Shown here: positions 8,087 to 18,169 of the stretch, one piece after another
How positions within the stretch are numbered: position 1 is the stretch's first letter
Layout of the letters: every line of letters starts with the position of its first letter
Assembly (NCBI GenBank): GCA_044867785.1
Contig: JBIOVM010000173.1
Location: forward strand, 931 to 64,930
DNA from: Candidatus Rokuibacteriota bacterium
GTDB taxonomy: Bacteria; Methylomirabilota; Methylomirabilia; Rokubacteriales; DASRDR01
DNA: 64,000 nucleotides
Direction of reading: 5' to 3'
Translations under genes and position numbers: made by a program
The notes under the pieces: generated by a model
The model's input: only the letters and a program-made list of their open reading frames with translations
Told to the model about the DNA's origin: nothing
The model's database searches: none

Positions 8087-10009
8087 ATGTGCGGCGTAGC
8101 CGGCAAGCTGTTCCACGATCCCGCCCGGCCCGTCGACGGCGCGCTGCTCGACCGGATGAGCGCGATCCTGGCGCACCGGGGCCCCGACGACAGGGGGATT
8201 CACCACGAGGGCTCGGTGGGCCTCGTCTCGCGACGGCTCGCCATCCAAGACCTCAGCGCCGCCGGGCACCAGCCGATGTCGAGCCCGGACGGCCGGTTCT
8301 GGATCACCTACAACGGCGAGATCTACAACTTTCTGCTCCTGCGGGACGAGCTGGAGCGCGCCGGCGTCCGGTTCCGCTCCCGGAGCGACACCGAGGTCAT
8401 CCTGGCGCTCTACGCGCGGCAGGGGCCGGACTGCCTCGCGCGGCTACGCGGGATGTTCGCCCTCGCCATCTGGGATCGGCAGGAGCGCACGCTGTTCGCC
8501 GCCCGGGATCGTCTGGGCAAGAAGCCGCTCTTCTACTACCAGGACGCCGACCGGTTCGTGTTCGCCTCCGAGCCGAAGGCCATCCTTCAGGACCCCGAGG
8601 TCCCCGTCGCGCCGGACCACGTCGCCCTGCATCACTACCTCACCTACGGATACGTGCCGGGCCCGTGGTCGGCGTTCCGCGGCGTGCGCAAGCTTCCTCC
8701 CGCGCACTACCTCGTGCTCCGGGACGGGCGGACGAGTCTCCACCGCTACTGGGAGCTCCGCCACACGCCCAAGCGGACGGACGGCGAGGCGGCGCTGACC
8801 GAGGAGCTGCTCGCCCGTCTCGGCGAGGCCGTCCGCCTCCGGCTCATCAGCGACGTCCCGGTGGGCGCCTTGCTCAGCGGCGGCCTCGACTCGAGCGCCG
8901 TGGTCGCCATGATCCGCCGCGCGACCAGCGGGCCGATCCGCACGTTCTCGATCGGCTTCGACCGGCCGGACTACGACGAGACTCGGTACGCGCGCCTGGT
9001 GGCGCAGCATCTCGGCACGGAGCATCACGAAGCGGTGGTGAAACCCGACGCCGTGTCCGGCGTGCCGCGGCTCGTGTGGCACTACAACGAGCCGTTCGCC
9101 GACTCCTCGGCCCTGCCGTCGCTGGCGGTCTGCGAGATGGCGCGGGGATTCGTGACGGTCGCGCTCAACGGGGACGGCGGCGACGAGACCTTCCTGGGGT
9201 ATGACCGGTACCTGGCCACGGCGGTCCTGAATCGCCTCGACTGGGTGCCCCGGCCGGTCCGAGCGCTGGCGAGCGCGGCGGGGCGGGGACTGCCGCGAGG
9301 CATGGCCAAGTCGCTCGCCTACCGGCTGCGCCGCGTCACCGACGTGTTGACCCTCGAGCCGCGCGATCGCTACGCGAAGTGGATGACCGCCTTCGGGAAC
9401 GCGGACAAGCGCGAGCTGTATGCGCCGGCGCTCCGGCAGGAGCTCCGCACCACCGACTCCCTGGCCCTCCTGGATCAGGCCTACGAGGCGTCCGACGCCA
9501 CGACGTTCGTCGAGCGCATCGCCCACGCCGACGTCCAGCTCTACCTGCCGGACGACCTCCTGGTCAAGATGGACATCGCCAGCATGGCGCACTCGCTGGA
9601 GGTGCGGTCGCCCTTCCTGGACCACGAGGTCGTCGAGTTCGCCGCCTCGCTGCCGCTCCACCTGAAGCTCCGTGGCTGGACCCAGAAGTACCTGCTGCGG
9701 CGGGCGATGCGCGGCCTCCTGCCGGAAGCGGTGATCCGGCGCCCGAAGATGGGCTTCGGGGTGCCCATCGACCACTGGTTCCGGCACGAGCTCCGCGAGA
9801 TGGCCTACGACGTCCTGCTCGACGCCCGCGCGCAACAGCGCGGGTACTTCCGACCCGAGGTGGTTCGTCGGTACCTGGACGAGCACGTCGAGGGACGCGC
9901 GCACCACCATCCGCGACTGTGGAGCCTTCTGATGCTCGAGCAGTGGCATCGGGTCTTCATCGATGCCCGCCCTGCCCCCTCGGCGGCGCCGGCGGCGTGC
10001 GGGGCCTGA
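8087..10009 (+). CDS. asnB: Asparagine synthase (glutamine-hydrolysing) family amidotransferase
   Basis: MCGVAG provides the N-terminal nucleophile Cys2, so the start is 8087 rather than 8051. GGGGAG lies about 10 nt upstream. The PP-loop LLSGGLDSSAVVA is present and the protein is AsnB-like over its full length. Confidence 0.9.
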   Translation: MCGVAGKLFHDPARPVDGALLDRMSAILAHRGPDDRGIHHEGSVGLVSRRLAIQDLSAAGHQPMSSPDGRFWITYNGEIYNFLLLRDELERAGVRFRSRSDTEVILALYARQGPDCLARLRGMFALAIWDRQERTLFAARDRLGKKPLFYYQDADRFVFASEPKAILQDPEVPVAPDHVALHHYLTYGYVPGPWSAFRGVRKLPPAHYLVLRDGRTSLHRYWELRHTPKRTDGEAALTEELLARLGEAVRLRLISDVPVGALLSGGLDSSAVVAMIRRATSGPIRTFSIGFDRPDYDETRYARLVAQHLGTEHHEAVVKPDAVSGVPRLVWHYNEPFADSSALPSLAVCEMARGFVTVALNGDGGDETFLGYDRYLATAVLNRLDWVPRPVRALASAAGRGLPRGMAKSLAYRLRRVTDVLTLEPRDRYAKWMTAFGNADKRELYAPALRQELRTTDSLALLDQAYEASDATTFVERIAHADVQLYLPDDLLVKMDIASMAHSLEVRSPFLDHEVVEFAASLPLHLKLRGWTQKYLLRRAMRGLLPEAVIRRPKMGFGVPIDHWFRHELREMAYDVLLDARAQQRGYFRPEVVRRYLDEHVEGRAHHHPRLWSLLMLEQWHRVFIDARPAPSAAPAACGA

Positions 10010-10980
10010 CGCCAGCCGCCGACGCGCTGCGGTGCCCCGGCTGCGGGGCCTCGCTGGACGTCACGCCCGGGCCCACGGGGTCGCGGCGCCTTCCGCCCGA
10101 GGGACGTCTCTCGTGCGTGGCGTGCCGCCGGGACTATCCGATCGTGCAAGGCGTGCCGCGCTTCGTCACGACCCCGGCGGGCTACGCCGAGAGCTTCGGG
10201 ATCCAGTGGCGGCGCTACGACGTGCAGCGGCCCCCGGAGGACCGGGCGGTGTTCCTCGCCAAGACCGGGTTCGACCCGGCGGATCTCGACGGGCGTCTCG
10301 TGCTCGATGCCGGCTGCGGGAGCGGACGGTACGCCGCGGTCGCGGCGAGCCTGGGAGCGCAGGTCGCCGCCGTCGACGTCACCGCGGCCGTCGAGCGCGC
10401 CCGGGAGGTCTGCGCCGACCTCCCGACCGTTCAGATCGTCCAGGCGGATCTCCTGCGCCTCCCGTTCGGCCCGGCGACGTTCGACACGGTCTACTCGGTC
10501 GGCGTCCTGCACCATACGGCGGACACCCGCACCGCGTTCGACGCCGTGGTGCGCGTGCTCAAGCCGGGGGGCCGCCTCGCCGTCTGGGTGTATCGGCGGA
10601 ACACCTGGCTGCAGGAGCGGGTGAACGGGGCGCTCCGCGCCGTGGCGCGCCGTCTGTCGGATCGGACGCTCCATCGGCTGGCCGTCGTCGGCGCCCTCGG
10701 CGGCGGCATCCCGCTCGTGCGTCACGCGAACCTCCTCGTGCCGTTCTCCTCGCACCCGGACTGGGACATCCGGGTGTGCGACACGTACGACTGGTACGCC
10801 CCGCGCTTCCAGCACCATCACACCGTCGCCGAGACGGTGGAATGGTTCCGGGCCCGGGGTTTCGAGGACGTCCGGCCTCTCCGCGGCTACCTGCCCCGCG
10901 GGCCCGGGTACGACTGGATGCACGATCGGGGTCTCCTCCCGGGGAGCGGCGTCAGCGTCGTCGGCCGCCGGCCACTCTGA
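9997..10980 (+). CDS. Class I SAM-dependent methyltransferase with N-terminal Trm112-like zinc ribbon
   Basis: RCPGCG...CVACRRDYPIVQGVPRF forms the zinc ribbon. SAM motif I LDAGCGSGRY and LKPGGRLAVWV are present. The GTG 9997 start, which overlaps the asnB stop by 13 nt, is my choice and is uncertain. Confidence 0.75.
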   Translation: MRGLTPAADALRCPGCGASLDVTPGPTGSRRLPPEGRLSCVACRRDYPIVQGVPRFVTTPAGYAESFGIQWRRYDVQRPPEDRAVFLAKTGFDPADLDGRLVLDAGCGSGRYAAVAASLGAQVAAVDVTAAVERAREVCADLPTVQIVQADLLRLPFGPATFDTVYSVGVLHHTADTRTAFDAVVRVLKPGGRLAVWVYRRNTWLQERVNGALRAVARRLSDRTLHRLAVVGALGGGIPLVRHANLLVPFSSHPDWDIRVCDTYDWYAPRFQHHHTVAETVEWFRARGFEDVRPLRGYLPRGPGYDWMHDRGLLPGSGVSVVGRRPL

Positions 10981-12212
10981 TGGGCTCGGGCCGGGATGCG
11001 CGCGCGGCGCCGGCCGGCTCCGCTCGTCGCGCCACGACGCGGAGCGCGGGCGAGTCGGCCGGCCGATGGTCCCTCGAGACGTGGGCGGCCCTGGCCCTCG
11101 CTCTGGCCTTCGTGCTCGTCAACGCGGGTTTCCTCGCGCTGAAGGGCGTGCAGCTGGGCGGCGATTCGATGCGCTACATCGACGGCGCCAAGGCATGGCT
11201 CGAATCGCAACCGCTCGGAGGCTACATCTGGGCGTATCAGGGCTACATCGCCGTGGTCGCCGTCGGGCAGGTGATCGGGGCCGGGCTGCCCGGCGTGGTC
11301 GGCTTTCAGATCGCGGTGGCCGCGATCGCGGGGGCCGCCCTGGTCGCGCTCGGCGCCGCGCTCGGCGGCCGCCTGGCGGGGCTCGTCGGCGCCGCGTTCC
11401 TGCTGGCCAACCCGGACGTGATCCGGTGGCACGGGTACATCTTGACCGATTCCCTGTACATCTCGGCGGTGGTCCTCGTCACCTTCGTGGTCTGGCGCGC
11501 CGCCCAGCGTGGCGGCGCGTGGTACGCCCTGGCGTTGCTCATGCTCCTGTCCGCCGCGACGCTTCGACCGACGGGGCTCGTCCTGCTCCCGGTGGCGGCG
11601 GCGTTCTGGGCTCTTCGAGGAGCCGTGACGCGCGACTGGACCGGAATGGCGCTGGGGATGCTCGTGGCCGTCGTGGTGGTGTGGGTGGTGTTCTCTCCGC
11701 GCGTCCAGGACACCGCCGGCAAGCTGCCCGGTCACACGCTGCGGAGTGGGCGGGTCATCTACCTCCACCCCGCGTTCCGGATGGAGATGCCGAAGGCGGA
11801 GACGCCGGGCGGGGGCGGCTGGGGCAACGACCTTCGTTACATCGCGCGGCATCCCGGAGCGACGCTCGCGCTGGGGGCCCGCCGGATGGCCGTCGAGGTG
11901 GCCCATGTCCGCCCGTACTACCGGACCCGCCACAACGTGCTGATCGTGGCCGTGCTGCTGCCGCTCTACACGCTGGCGGCCATCGGTTTCGTCGCGACGT
12001 GGCGGCACCCTCTGACGCACCTGGTCCTGGGCTTCATCGCCGGGCACTTCCTGCTGGTGGCGGTGTCCCTCGCGGACTACGATGGCCGCTTCCTCCTGTA
12101 CGTGCTGGGTCCGATCGGGATTCTCGCGGCGGCCGGCGTCGGCAGGCTGATGCGCGGCAGAGGTCCGGGTCCCGCTCAACCCGCCGCGCGGGCCGCGATC
12201 GGATCGTCCTGA
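10980..12212 (+). CDS. Polytopic membrane protein, GT-C-like putative glycosyltransferase
   Basis: ATG 10980 shares a base with the TGA stop of the methyltransferase. There are about 10 hydrophobic spans. An early loop LGGDSMRYIDGAKAWL is present. The upstream 340 codons of the tracked ORF are shadow sequence. Confidence 0.55.
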   Translation: MGSGRDARAAPAGSARRATTRSAGESAGRWSLETWAALALALAFVLVNAGFLALKGVQLGGDSMRYIDGAKAWLESQPLGGYIWAYQGYIAVVAVGQVIGAGLPGVVGFQIAVAAIAGAALVALGAALGGRLAGLVGAAFLLANPDVIRWHGYILTDSLYISAVVLVTFVVWRAAQRGGAWYALALLMLLSAATLRPTGLVLLPVAAAFWALRGAVTRDWTGMALGMLVAVVVVWVVFSPRVQDTAGKLPGHTLRSGRVIYLHPAFRMEMPKAETPGGGGWGNDLRYIARHPGATLALGARRMAVEVAHVRPYYRTRHNVLIVAVLLPLYTLAAIGFVATWRHPLTHLVLGFIAGHFLLVAVSLADYDGRFLLYVLGPIGILAAAGVGRLMRGRGPGPAQPAARAAIGSS

Positions 12213-12416
12213 TCGGCCCGGCCGCGGGCCCGTGGCGCTCCGGCGCCGGTGGCGTCCCGGGCCGGCGTTCTCGGCCTGCCGACAGGGCGGCCACTGAGCG
12301 CACCGCGATCGTCCGCGCCCGCCGCGAGCGTCGCCCGGACCCGTCGAGCCTGACCGGGCCGTGACGCGCGTCGCGGCCGGCGCCGACAACATGCCTCGCC
12401 GATCGCGGCGTGCTAG

Positions 12417-13409
<993 letters not shown>

Positions 13410-13527
13410 TCCCTGCTCATCGGCCGACCGGTCGGCGCGGGCAGCCCTGATGCGTCAGGCGCGGGCGGCGAGAGGGCGACCGGAGGCGGGCACGCCGGTC
13501 GCCGGGACGGCGGAGCGCGTGCGGGTC

Positions 13528-14688
13528 ATGCGGATCATCGCGCGTCTCAACGTCGGCGGCCCGGCCCTTCACACGACGCTCCTGACCGAGCGACTCGATC
13601 CGCGCCGGTACGACGCTCGCCTCGTCGCGGGCGCGGAGGCGCCGGGCGAAGGCAACTACGCCGCGCTTCACGGCGCCGTCCCGGAGCGCTTGACGGTCCT
13701 TCCCGCCCTCGGTCGCGAGGTGCGCGGCGTGGCCGACGTGATCGTGTTCGGTCAGCTGCTGCGCCTGATGCGAGCGCAGCGCCCCCACGTCGTGCACACC
13801 CATACCGCCAAGGCCGGGACCCTCGGGCGCCTGGCGGCCCGGGTGGCGCGAGTGCCGCTGGTGGTGCACACGTATCACGGGCACGTGTTCCATGGCTACT
13901 TCCCGCCCGGGCGCACGCGCGCCTTTCTGGCGATCGAGCGGGCCCTCGGACGCTGGACCGATTGCCTGCTCGCGGTCAGCGAGACCGTCCGACGGGAATT
14001 GCTGGCCCTCGGCGTGGGGGCGCCGGACGCCTTCCGAGTGATCCCGTTGGGGCTCGATCTCGACCGGTACGTGACGGCCGACGACCGGCAGGGAGGGCTG
14101 CGTACGGAGCTGGACGTCTCACCGGAGACGCCCCTGGTGGCCATCGTGGCCCGGCTCGTGCCCATCAAGGCCCACGAGGTGTTCCTGCGGGCCGCGAAGC
14201 GCGTCGTCGAGGACGTCCCCGCGACGCAGTTTCTCGTCGTGGGGGACGGGGAGCGCCGCCGCGAGCTCGAGGCGATGGCAGGCGAGCTCGGTCTGGGCGC
14301 GAGCGTCCGCTTTCTCGGCTGGCGCCGGGACCTCGAGCGAGTCTACGCGGACGCGTGGGTCGTCACGCTCACCTCACGCAACGAGGGCTCGCCGGTGTCG
14401 CTCATCGAGGCGATGGCCGCCGGGCGGCCCGTGGTGGCGACCCGGGTGGGGGGCGTCCCCGATCTCGTCGAGGACGGGATCACCGGGCGCCTGGTGCCAT
14501 CGGAGGACGCCGACGCCCTGGCGACGGCGGTGATCGAGCTGCTCCGCGACCCCGGGCGTCGCCGGATCTTCGGCCGGGCCGCGCGCGCCCGCGTGGTGCC
14601 CGCCTTCGGGGCGCGCCGCCTCGTCGCCGACATCGACGCGCTCTACGGAGAGCTGCTCCGGGCCAAGGGCGTCGGGGTGCCGCGATGA
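13528..14688 (+). CDS. GT4-family (GT-B) glycosyltransferase
   Basis: MRIIARLNVGGPALH...HTHTAKAG, and a C-terminal EGSPVSLIEAMAAGRPVVATRVGGVPDLVEDGITGRLV. ATG 13528 is preferred; ATG 13450 is possible. Confidence 0.85.
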   Translation: MRIIARLNVGGPALHTTLLTERLDPRRYDARLVAGAEAPGEGNYAALHGAVPERLTVLPALGREVRGVADVIVFGQLLRLMRAQRPHVVHTHTAKAGTLGRLAARVARVPLVVHTYHGHVFHGYFPPGRTRAFLAIERALGRWTDCLLAVSETVRRELLALGVGAPDAFRVIPLGLDLDRYVTADDRQGGLRTELDVSPETPLVAIVARLVPIKAHEVFLRAAKRVVEDVPATQFLVVGDGERRRELEAMAGELGLGASVRFLGWRRDLERVYADAWVVTLTSRNEGSPVSLIEAMAAGRPVVATRVGGVPDLVEDGITGRLVPSEDADALATAVIELLRDPGRRRIFGRAARARVVPAFGARRLVADIDALYGELLRAKGVGVPR

Positions 14689-15016
14689 AGAGCCCGGGGG
14701 CCGTGGAGGATCTCACGTCGCCGCCCGCTCGTGGGGTGCGCGATCAGAGGTAAGCGGGTGGCCGGCCCCGCGGGCGTGTCGAGCCGCCTGCGGGAAGAGT
14801 CTCCCGGCCGCGCGCGGCGTCCGGGGCTGGGCGGCGTCAGCCGGCCCCGAGCTTGCCCCTCCGATCGGCCGCGTGCTACCTTGGGCGCGCGCAGAAGAGA
14901 GAGGCGGCGGATCGTCCGCGGCCGCGCGGCGCACGAGGAGCGAGGAGCCTTCGGCGCCGGGCGGGGGTCGCGCGCCTCTCCAACGAGCGGCTCCGCCGGA
15001 GCGGATTGATCCGAGC

Positions 15017-16789
15017 ATGACGAGCTGGGGAGCGCTCCTCCCGCCGCTGCTGGTCTCTTTCGTCCTGGCGCTCGGCATGGCCCTCGTCTGCGAGCGGGTC
15101 GCGCCCCGCTTCGGCCTGGTGGTCCGACCCCGCGAAGACCGGTGGCACCAGCGCGCCGTCCCCCTGCTCGGCGGCGTCGCGATCGCGGTCGGTGTCTTGC
15201 CGGTGCTCGGCTGGGTCGGCGGAAGCCCCCGGCTGGTTGCGCTCCTTGCCGTGGCGCTCCTCACGGGAGCCATCGGCCTGGTCGACGACCTGCGGACCCT
15301 GAGCCCGCCCGTCAAGCTCGTGGCCCAGATCGTCGTGGCCGGCATCCTCGTCCAGCTCGGCTTCGTGCTGCGCATCACCCCCTGGCCCTTGGCCGACGTG
15401 CTCCTCACGCTGGTCTGGGTGGTCGGCATCACCAACGCCGTGAATCTGCTCGACAACATGGACGGCCTCGCCGCCGGGATGGCGGTGATCACCGCCGGGT
15501 TCCGTCTGTTCTTCTTTCTCTCCGAGGGAGATGAGTTGGGCGCGACGGTGACGGCGGCGCTGATCGGGGCTCTCCTCGGGTTCCTCGTGCGGAACTTCCC
15601 TCCGGCCAAGATCTTCATGGGCGACGCGGGGAGTCTGTTCGTCGGCCTCCTGCTCAGCGGGCTCTGCCTGGTGTCCGACGCCGCGTACTATTCGCGGGGT
15701 GTCGCCGCCGTCCTGGTCGTGCCCGTGCTCCTCCTCCTGATCCCCATCTTCGACACGACGTTCGTCACGGTGACGCGGCTCATCACGGGGCGCCGAGTGT
15801 CCACGGGCGGCCGGGACCACACGTCGCATCGGCTCGTCGCGTTCGGGATCAGCGAGCGCCGGGCCCTCGGTTTTCTCTATGCGGTCGCGATCCTGTCGGG
15901 GTTCCTCGCCTGGCTCACCTACCGCTACGGGGTCGTCTACACCATCGGCATGCTGGCTTTGCTCCTGGTCGCGCTGGTTCTGCTCGCCGTCCAGTTGAAC
16001 CGGGTCGGAGGGGCGCGGCCCGGCGCGGACGGTCCGGAGGGCCCGATCCTCCGATTGGTGACGGACCTGCCGTTCGGGCGGCAGATGGCGATGGTGCTGG
16101 GCGACCTCGTGCTGATCGTCGTCGCGTACTACAGCGCGTACCTCCTGCGCTTCGAGGATCAGTTCGAAGACTACCGGAGCGTGTTCGTGCAGACGATCTC
16201 CCCCGTCATCGTGCTGCAGATCGCGGCCCTGGCGGTGTGCGGCGCGTACCGCGGCCTGTGGCGCTACACGAGCGTGCCGGACCTCCTCCGGCTCCTGCAG
16301 GGGATCACCCTCGGGGCCGTGGCGACGGTCGCGTACTTCGCCCTGGTCAGCCGGCTCGAGGGACTGTCGCGCGCGGTGTTCATCCTGAACTGGCTTCTCC
16401 TCATCCTGTTGATTTGCGGGAGCCGGCTGTCCTTCCGGATGCTCGAGGCCCTTCGCCGGCCGACCGGCGACGTCCGGCGCGTCCTCGTCTATGGCGCCGG
16501 CGACGGGGGGGACCTGGCGCTGCGCGAGTTTCGGAACAACCCGGCGCTGCGGCGCGAGGCCGTGGGGTTTCTCGACGACGATCGAACGAAGGCCGGCACG
16601 CGGATCCAGGGAGTGCCCGTGCTCGGCTCCGTGGAGAGCCTGCGGGGCATCCTGCAGGACCAGCGGATCGACGAGGTGGTGGTCTCGTCGCGCAAGATCC
16701 CGCCCGAGCGCCTCCAGCAGCTCGAGGCGGTCTGCCGATCCTCCGGGGTTCAGGTGGTGCGAGCGTCCGTCCGGATGGAACCCGCCTAG
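15017..16789 (+). CDS. MraY/WecA-family polyprenyl-phosphate sugar-1-phosphate transferase fused to a 4-TM plus Rossmann module of the CapD/WbpM N-terminal type
   Basis: The PNPT motifs GLVDDL, NAVNLLDNMDGLAAG and IFMGDAGSLFVG are present. After about residue 390 come further TM spans and RVLVYGAGDGGDLALREF...AVGFLDDDRTKAGTRIQGVPVLGS...IDEVVVSS. No dehydratase catalytic domain follows. Confidence 0.75.
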   Translation: MTSWGALLPPLLVSFVLALGMALVCERVAPRFGLVVRPREDRWHQRAVPLLGGVAIAVGVLPVLGWVGGSPRLVALLAVALLTGAIGLVDDLRTLSPPVKLVAQIVVAGILVQLGFVLRITPWPLADVLLTLVWVVGITNAVNLLDNMDGLAAGMAVITAGFRLFFFLSEGDELGATVTAALIGALLGFLVRNFPPAKIFMGDAGSLFVGLLLSGLCLVSDAAYYSRGVAAVLVVPVLLLLIPIFDTTFVTVTRLITGRRVSTGGRDHTSHRLVAFGISERRALGFLYAVAILSGFLAWLTYRYGVVYTIGMLALLLVALVLLAVQLNRVGGARPGADGPEGPILRLVTDLPFGRQMAMVLGDLVLIVVAYYSAYLLRFEDQFEDYRSVFVQTISPVIVLQIAALAVCGAYRGLWRYTSVPDLLRLLQGITLGAVATVAYFALVSRLEGLSRAVFILNWLLLILLICGSRLSFRMLEALRRPTGDVRRVLVYGAGDGGDLALREFRNNPALRREAVGFLDDDRTKAGTRIQGVPVLGSVESLRGILQDQRIDEVVVSSRKIPPERLQQLEAVCRSSGVQVVRASVRMEPA

Positions 16790-16848
16790 CTTTCGACCAC
16801 GCCCGTCGTCGCGCGCCCATGATTCGCGTCGCCGGAGGGGCGCGTTCC

Positions 16849-16877
16849 TTGACAGGTGCGGGATCACCGCCGATAAT
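16849..16877 (+). promoter_or_regulatory. Near-consensus sigma70-type promoter TTGACA-N17-GATAAT
   Basis: TTGACA at 16849-16854, an exact 17-nt spacer, and GATAAT at 16872-16877. It lies in the intergenic region upstream of the SDR and UbiA genes. Such AT-rich hexamers are rare in this GC-rich sequence. Confidence 0.5.
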
Positions 16878-17185
16878 TGCTGCGCCTCACAGGGCCTATC
16901 CGGCCCTCGCCGGCTAGGAGGGGATGTGTCCACTCAGCTGGAGGCGCTCCGTCAGCGTCTCGACGATCGACCGACGGCGATCGGGGTCGGAGCACAGAGC
17001 CGTGAGGCGCCTCCGGCCGTCGAGTTCCCCGGCGCCGGATTCCGCGTACCCCGGACCCCGTCCATCGACCGCGAGCTCCTCGGCGGGCGCGTCCGGTGGG
17101 GATGCGGGACTCTGAGCGTCACGCGGCGCGTCCGGCCGGGCCGGGCGAGGGTCGCGCGGCCCTGACCGCCGCCGGCGGACCACGC

Positions 17186-18157
17186 GTGCGCGCGCTCGTC
17201 ACGGGCGGGGCGGGGTTCATCGGCTCCCATCTCGCCGAGGCCTTGCTGGCCATGGGCCACGAGGTCGTGGCCCTGGACGACCTGTCGACCGGGCGCGCGG
17301 AGAACCTCCAGGCGGTTCACGGGCATCCCCGGCTCGAGATGGTCACGGGCTCGGTCACGGACGAGCCCCTCGTGCGGAAGCTCGTGCTCGGGGCCGATGT
17401 CGTCTACCACCTGGCGGCCGCGGTCGGCGTCCAGCTGATCCTCGACCGGCCCGTGGCGACCATCGAGACCAACATCGTCGGCACCGAGACGGTCCTGCGG
17501 GTGGCGTGCGAGACGCGGCCCCGGGTGGTGATCGCCTCGACCTCGGAGGTCTACGGCAAGAACGACCGCGTGCCCCTGTCCGAAGAGGACGATCGGCTGT
17601 TGGGACCGACGACGAAGAGCCGATGGAGCTACGCCTGCTCGAAGGCGATCGATGAGTTCCTGGCGCTCGCGTACCACCGTGAGCATCAGCTGCCGGTGAC
17701 CGTGGTCCGCTTCTTCAACACGATCGGGCCACGACAGACCGGACGGTACGGCATGGTCGTGCCGCGCTTCGTGCGACAGGCCCTCGACGGGGAGCCCATC
17801 ACCGTCTACGGGGACGGGCGCCAGTCGCGGTGCTTCACCGACGTGGAGGATGCGGTGCGGGCGACGATCGCGCTGTCGCTGGCCCCGGCGGCGATCGGCG
17901 AAGTGTTCAACGTCGGCACCACGCACGAGGTGACGATCGGCGCCCTCGCCGAGCGCGTGCGCGCGCTCGTCGGCAGCGCGTCACCGACCGTGTTCGTGCC
18001 CTACGACCAAGCGTACCAGCCGGGATTCGAGGATCTGCGACGGCGCGTTCCGGACATCCGGAAGGCCGAGCGAGTCGTGGGCTACCGCCCGCGCGTCTCG
18101 CTGGACGATACGCTGGGACGAGTGATCGGCTACCTGCGCGATACCGGGCGAAGGTAG
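17186..18157 (+). CDS. Extended SDR, NAD-dependent sugar epimerase/dehydratase family
   Basis: VTGGAGFIGSHL, catalytic YACSK, and STSEVYG. GTG 17186 gives a typical length of about 323 aa. The tracked ATG 17096 would add an Arg/Gly-rich extension. The start is uncertain. Confidence 0.8.
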   Translation: MRALVTGGAGFIGSHLAEALLAMGHEVVALDDLSTGRAENLQAVHGHPRLEMVTGSVTDEPLVRKLVLGADVVYHLAAAVGVQLILDRPVATIETNIVGTETVLRVACETRPRVVIASTSEVYGKNDRVPLSEEDDRLLGPTTKSRWSYACSKAIDEFLALAYHREHQLPVTVVRFFNTIGPRQTGRYGMVVPRFVRQALDGEPITVYGDGRQSRCFTDVEDAVRATIALSLAPAAIGEVFNVGTTHEVTIGALAERVRALVGSASPTVFVPYDQAYQPGFEDLRRRVPDIRKAERVVGYRPRVSLDDTLGRVIGYLRDTGRR

Positions 18158-18169
18158 GCGGCCGCCGGG

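Noticed and set aside
7674-8099. ORFs of 141 aa (plus strand), and of 106 and 96 aa (minus strand), in the divergent region upstream of asnB.
   Set aside because: The translations are Arg-rich and featureless with inconsistent codon bias. One runs through the asnB SD and start. I treat the region as non-coding leader/promoter DNA.
16924-17185. Small ORFs after a strong AGGAGG at 16916-16921: ATG 16924 (63 aa) and GTG 16926 (80 aa, ending 17165), upstream of the SDR gene.
   Set aside because: The SD-to-start spacing is only 2-4 nt. Both frames give low-complexity Arg/Pro/Ser-rich products, and neither is clearly favoured by codon bias. A short upstream regulatory ORF cannot be excluded, but I cannot support a gene.
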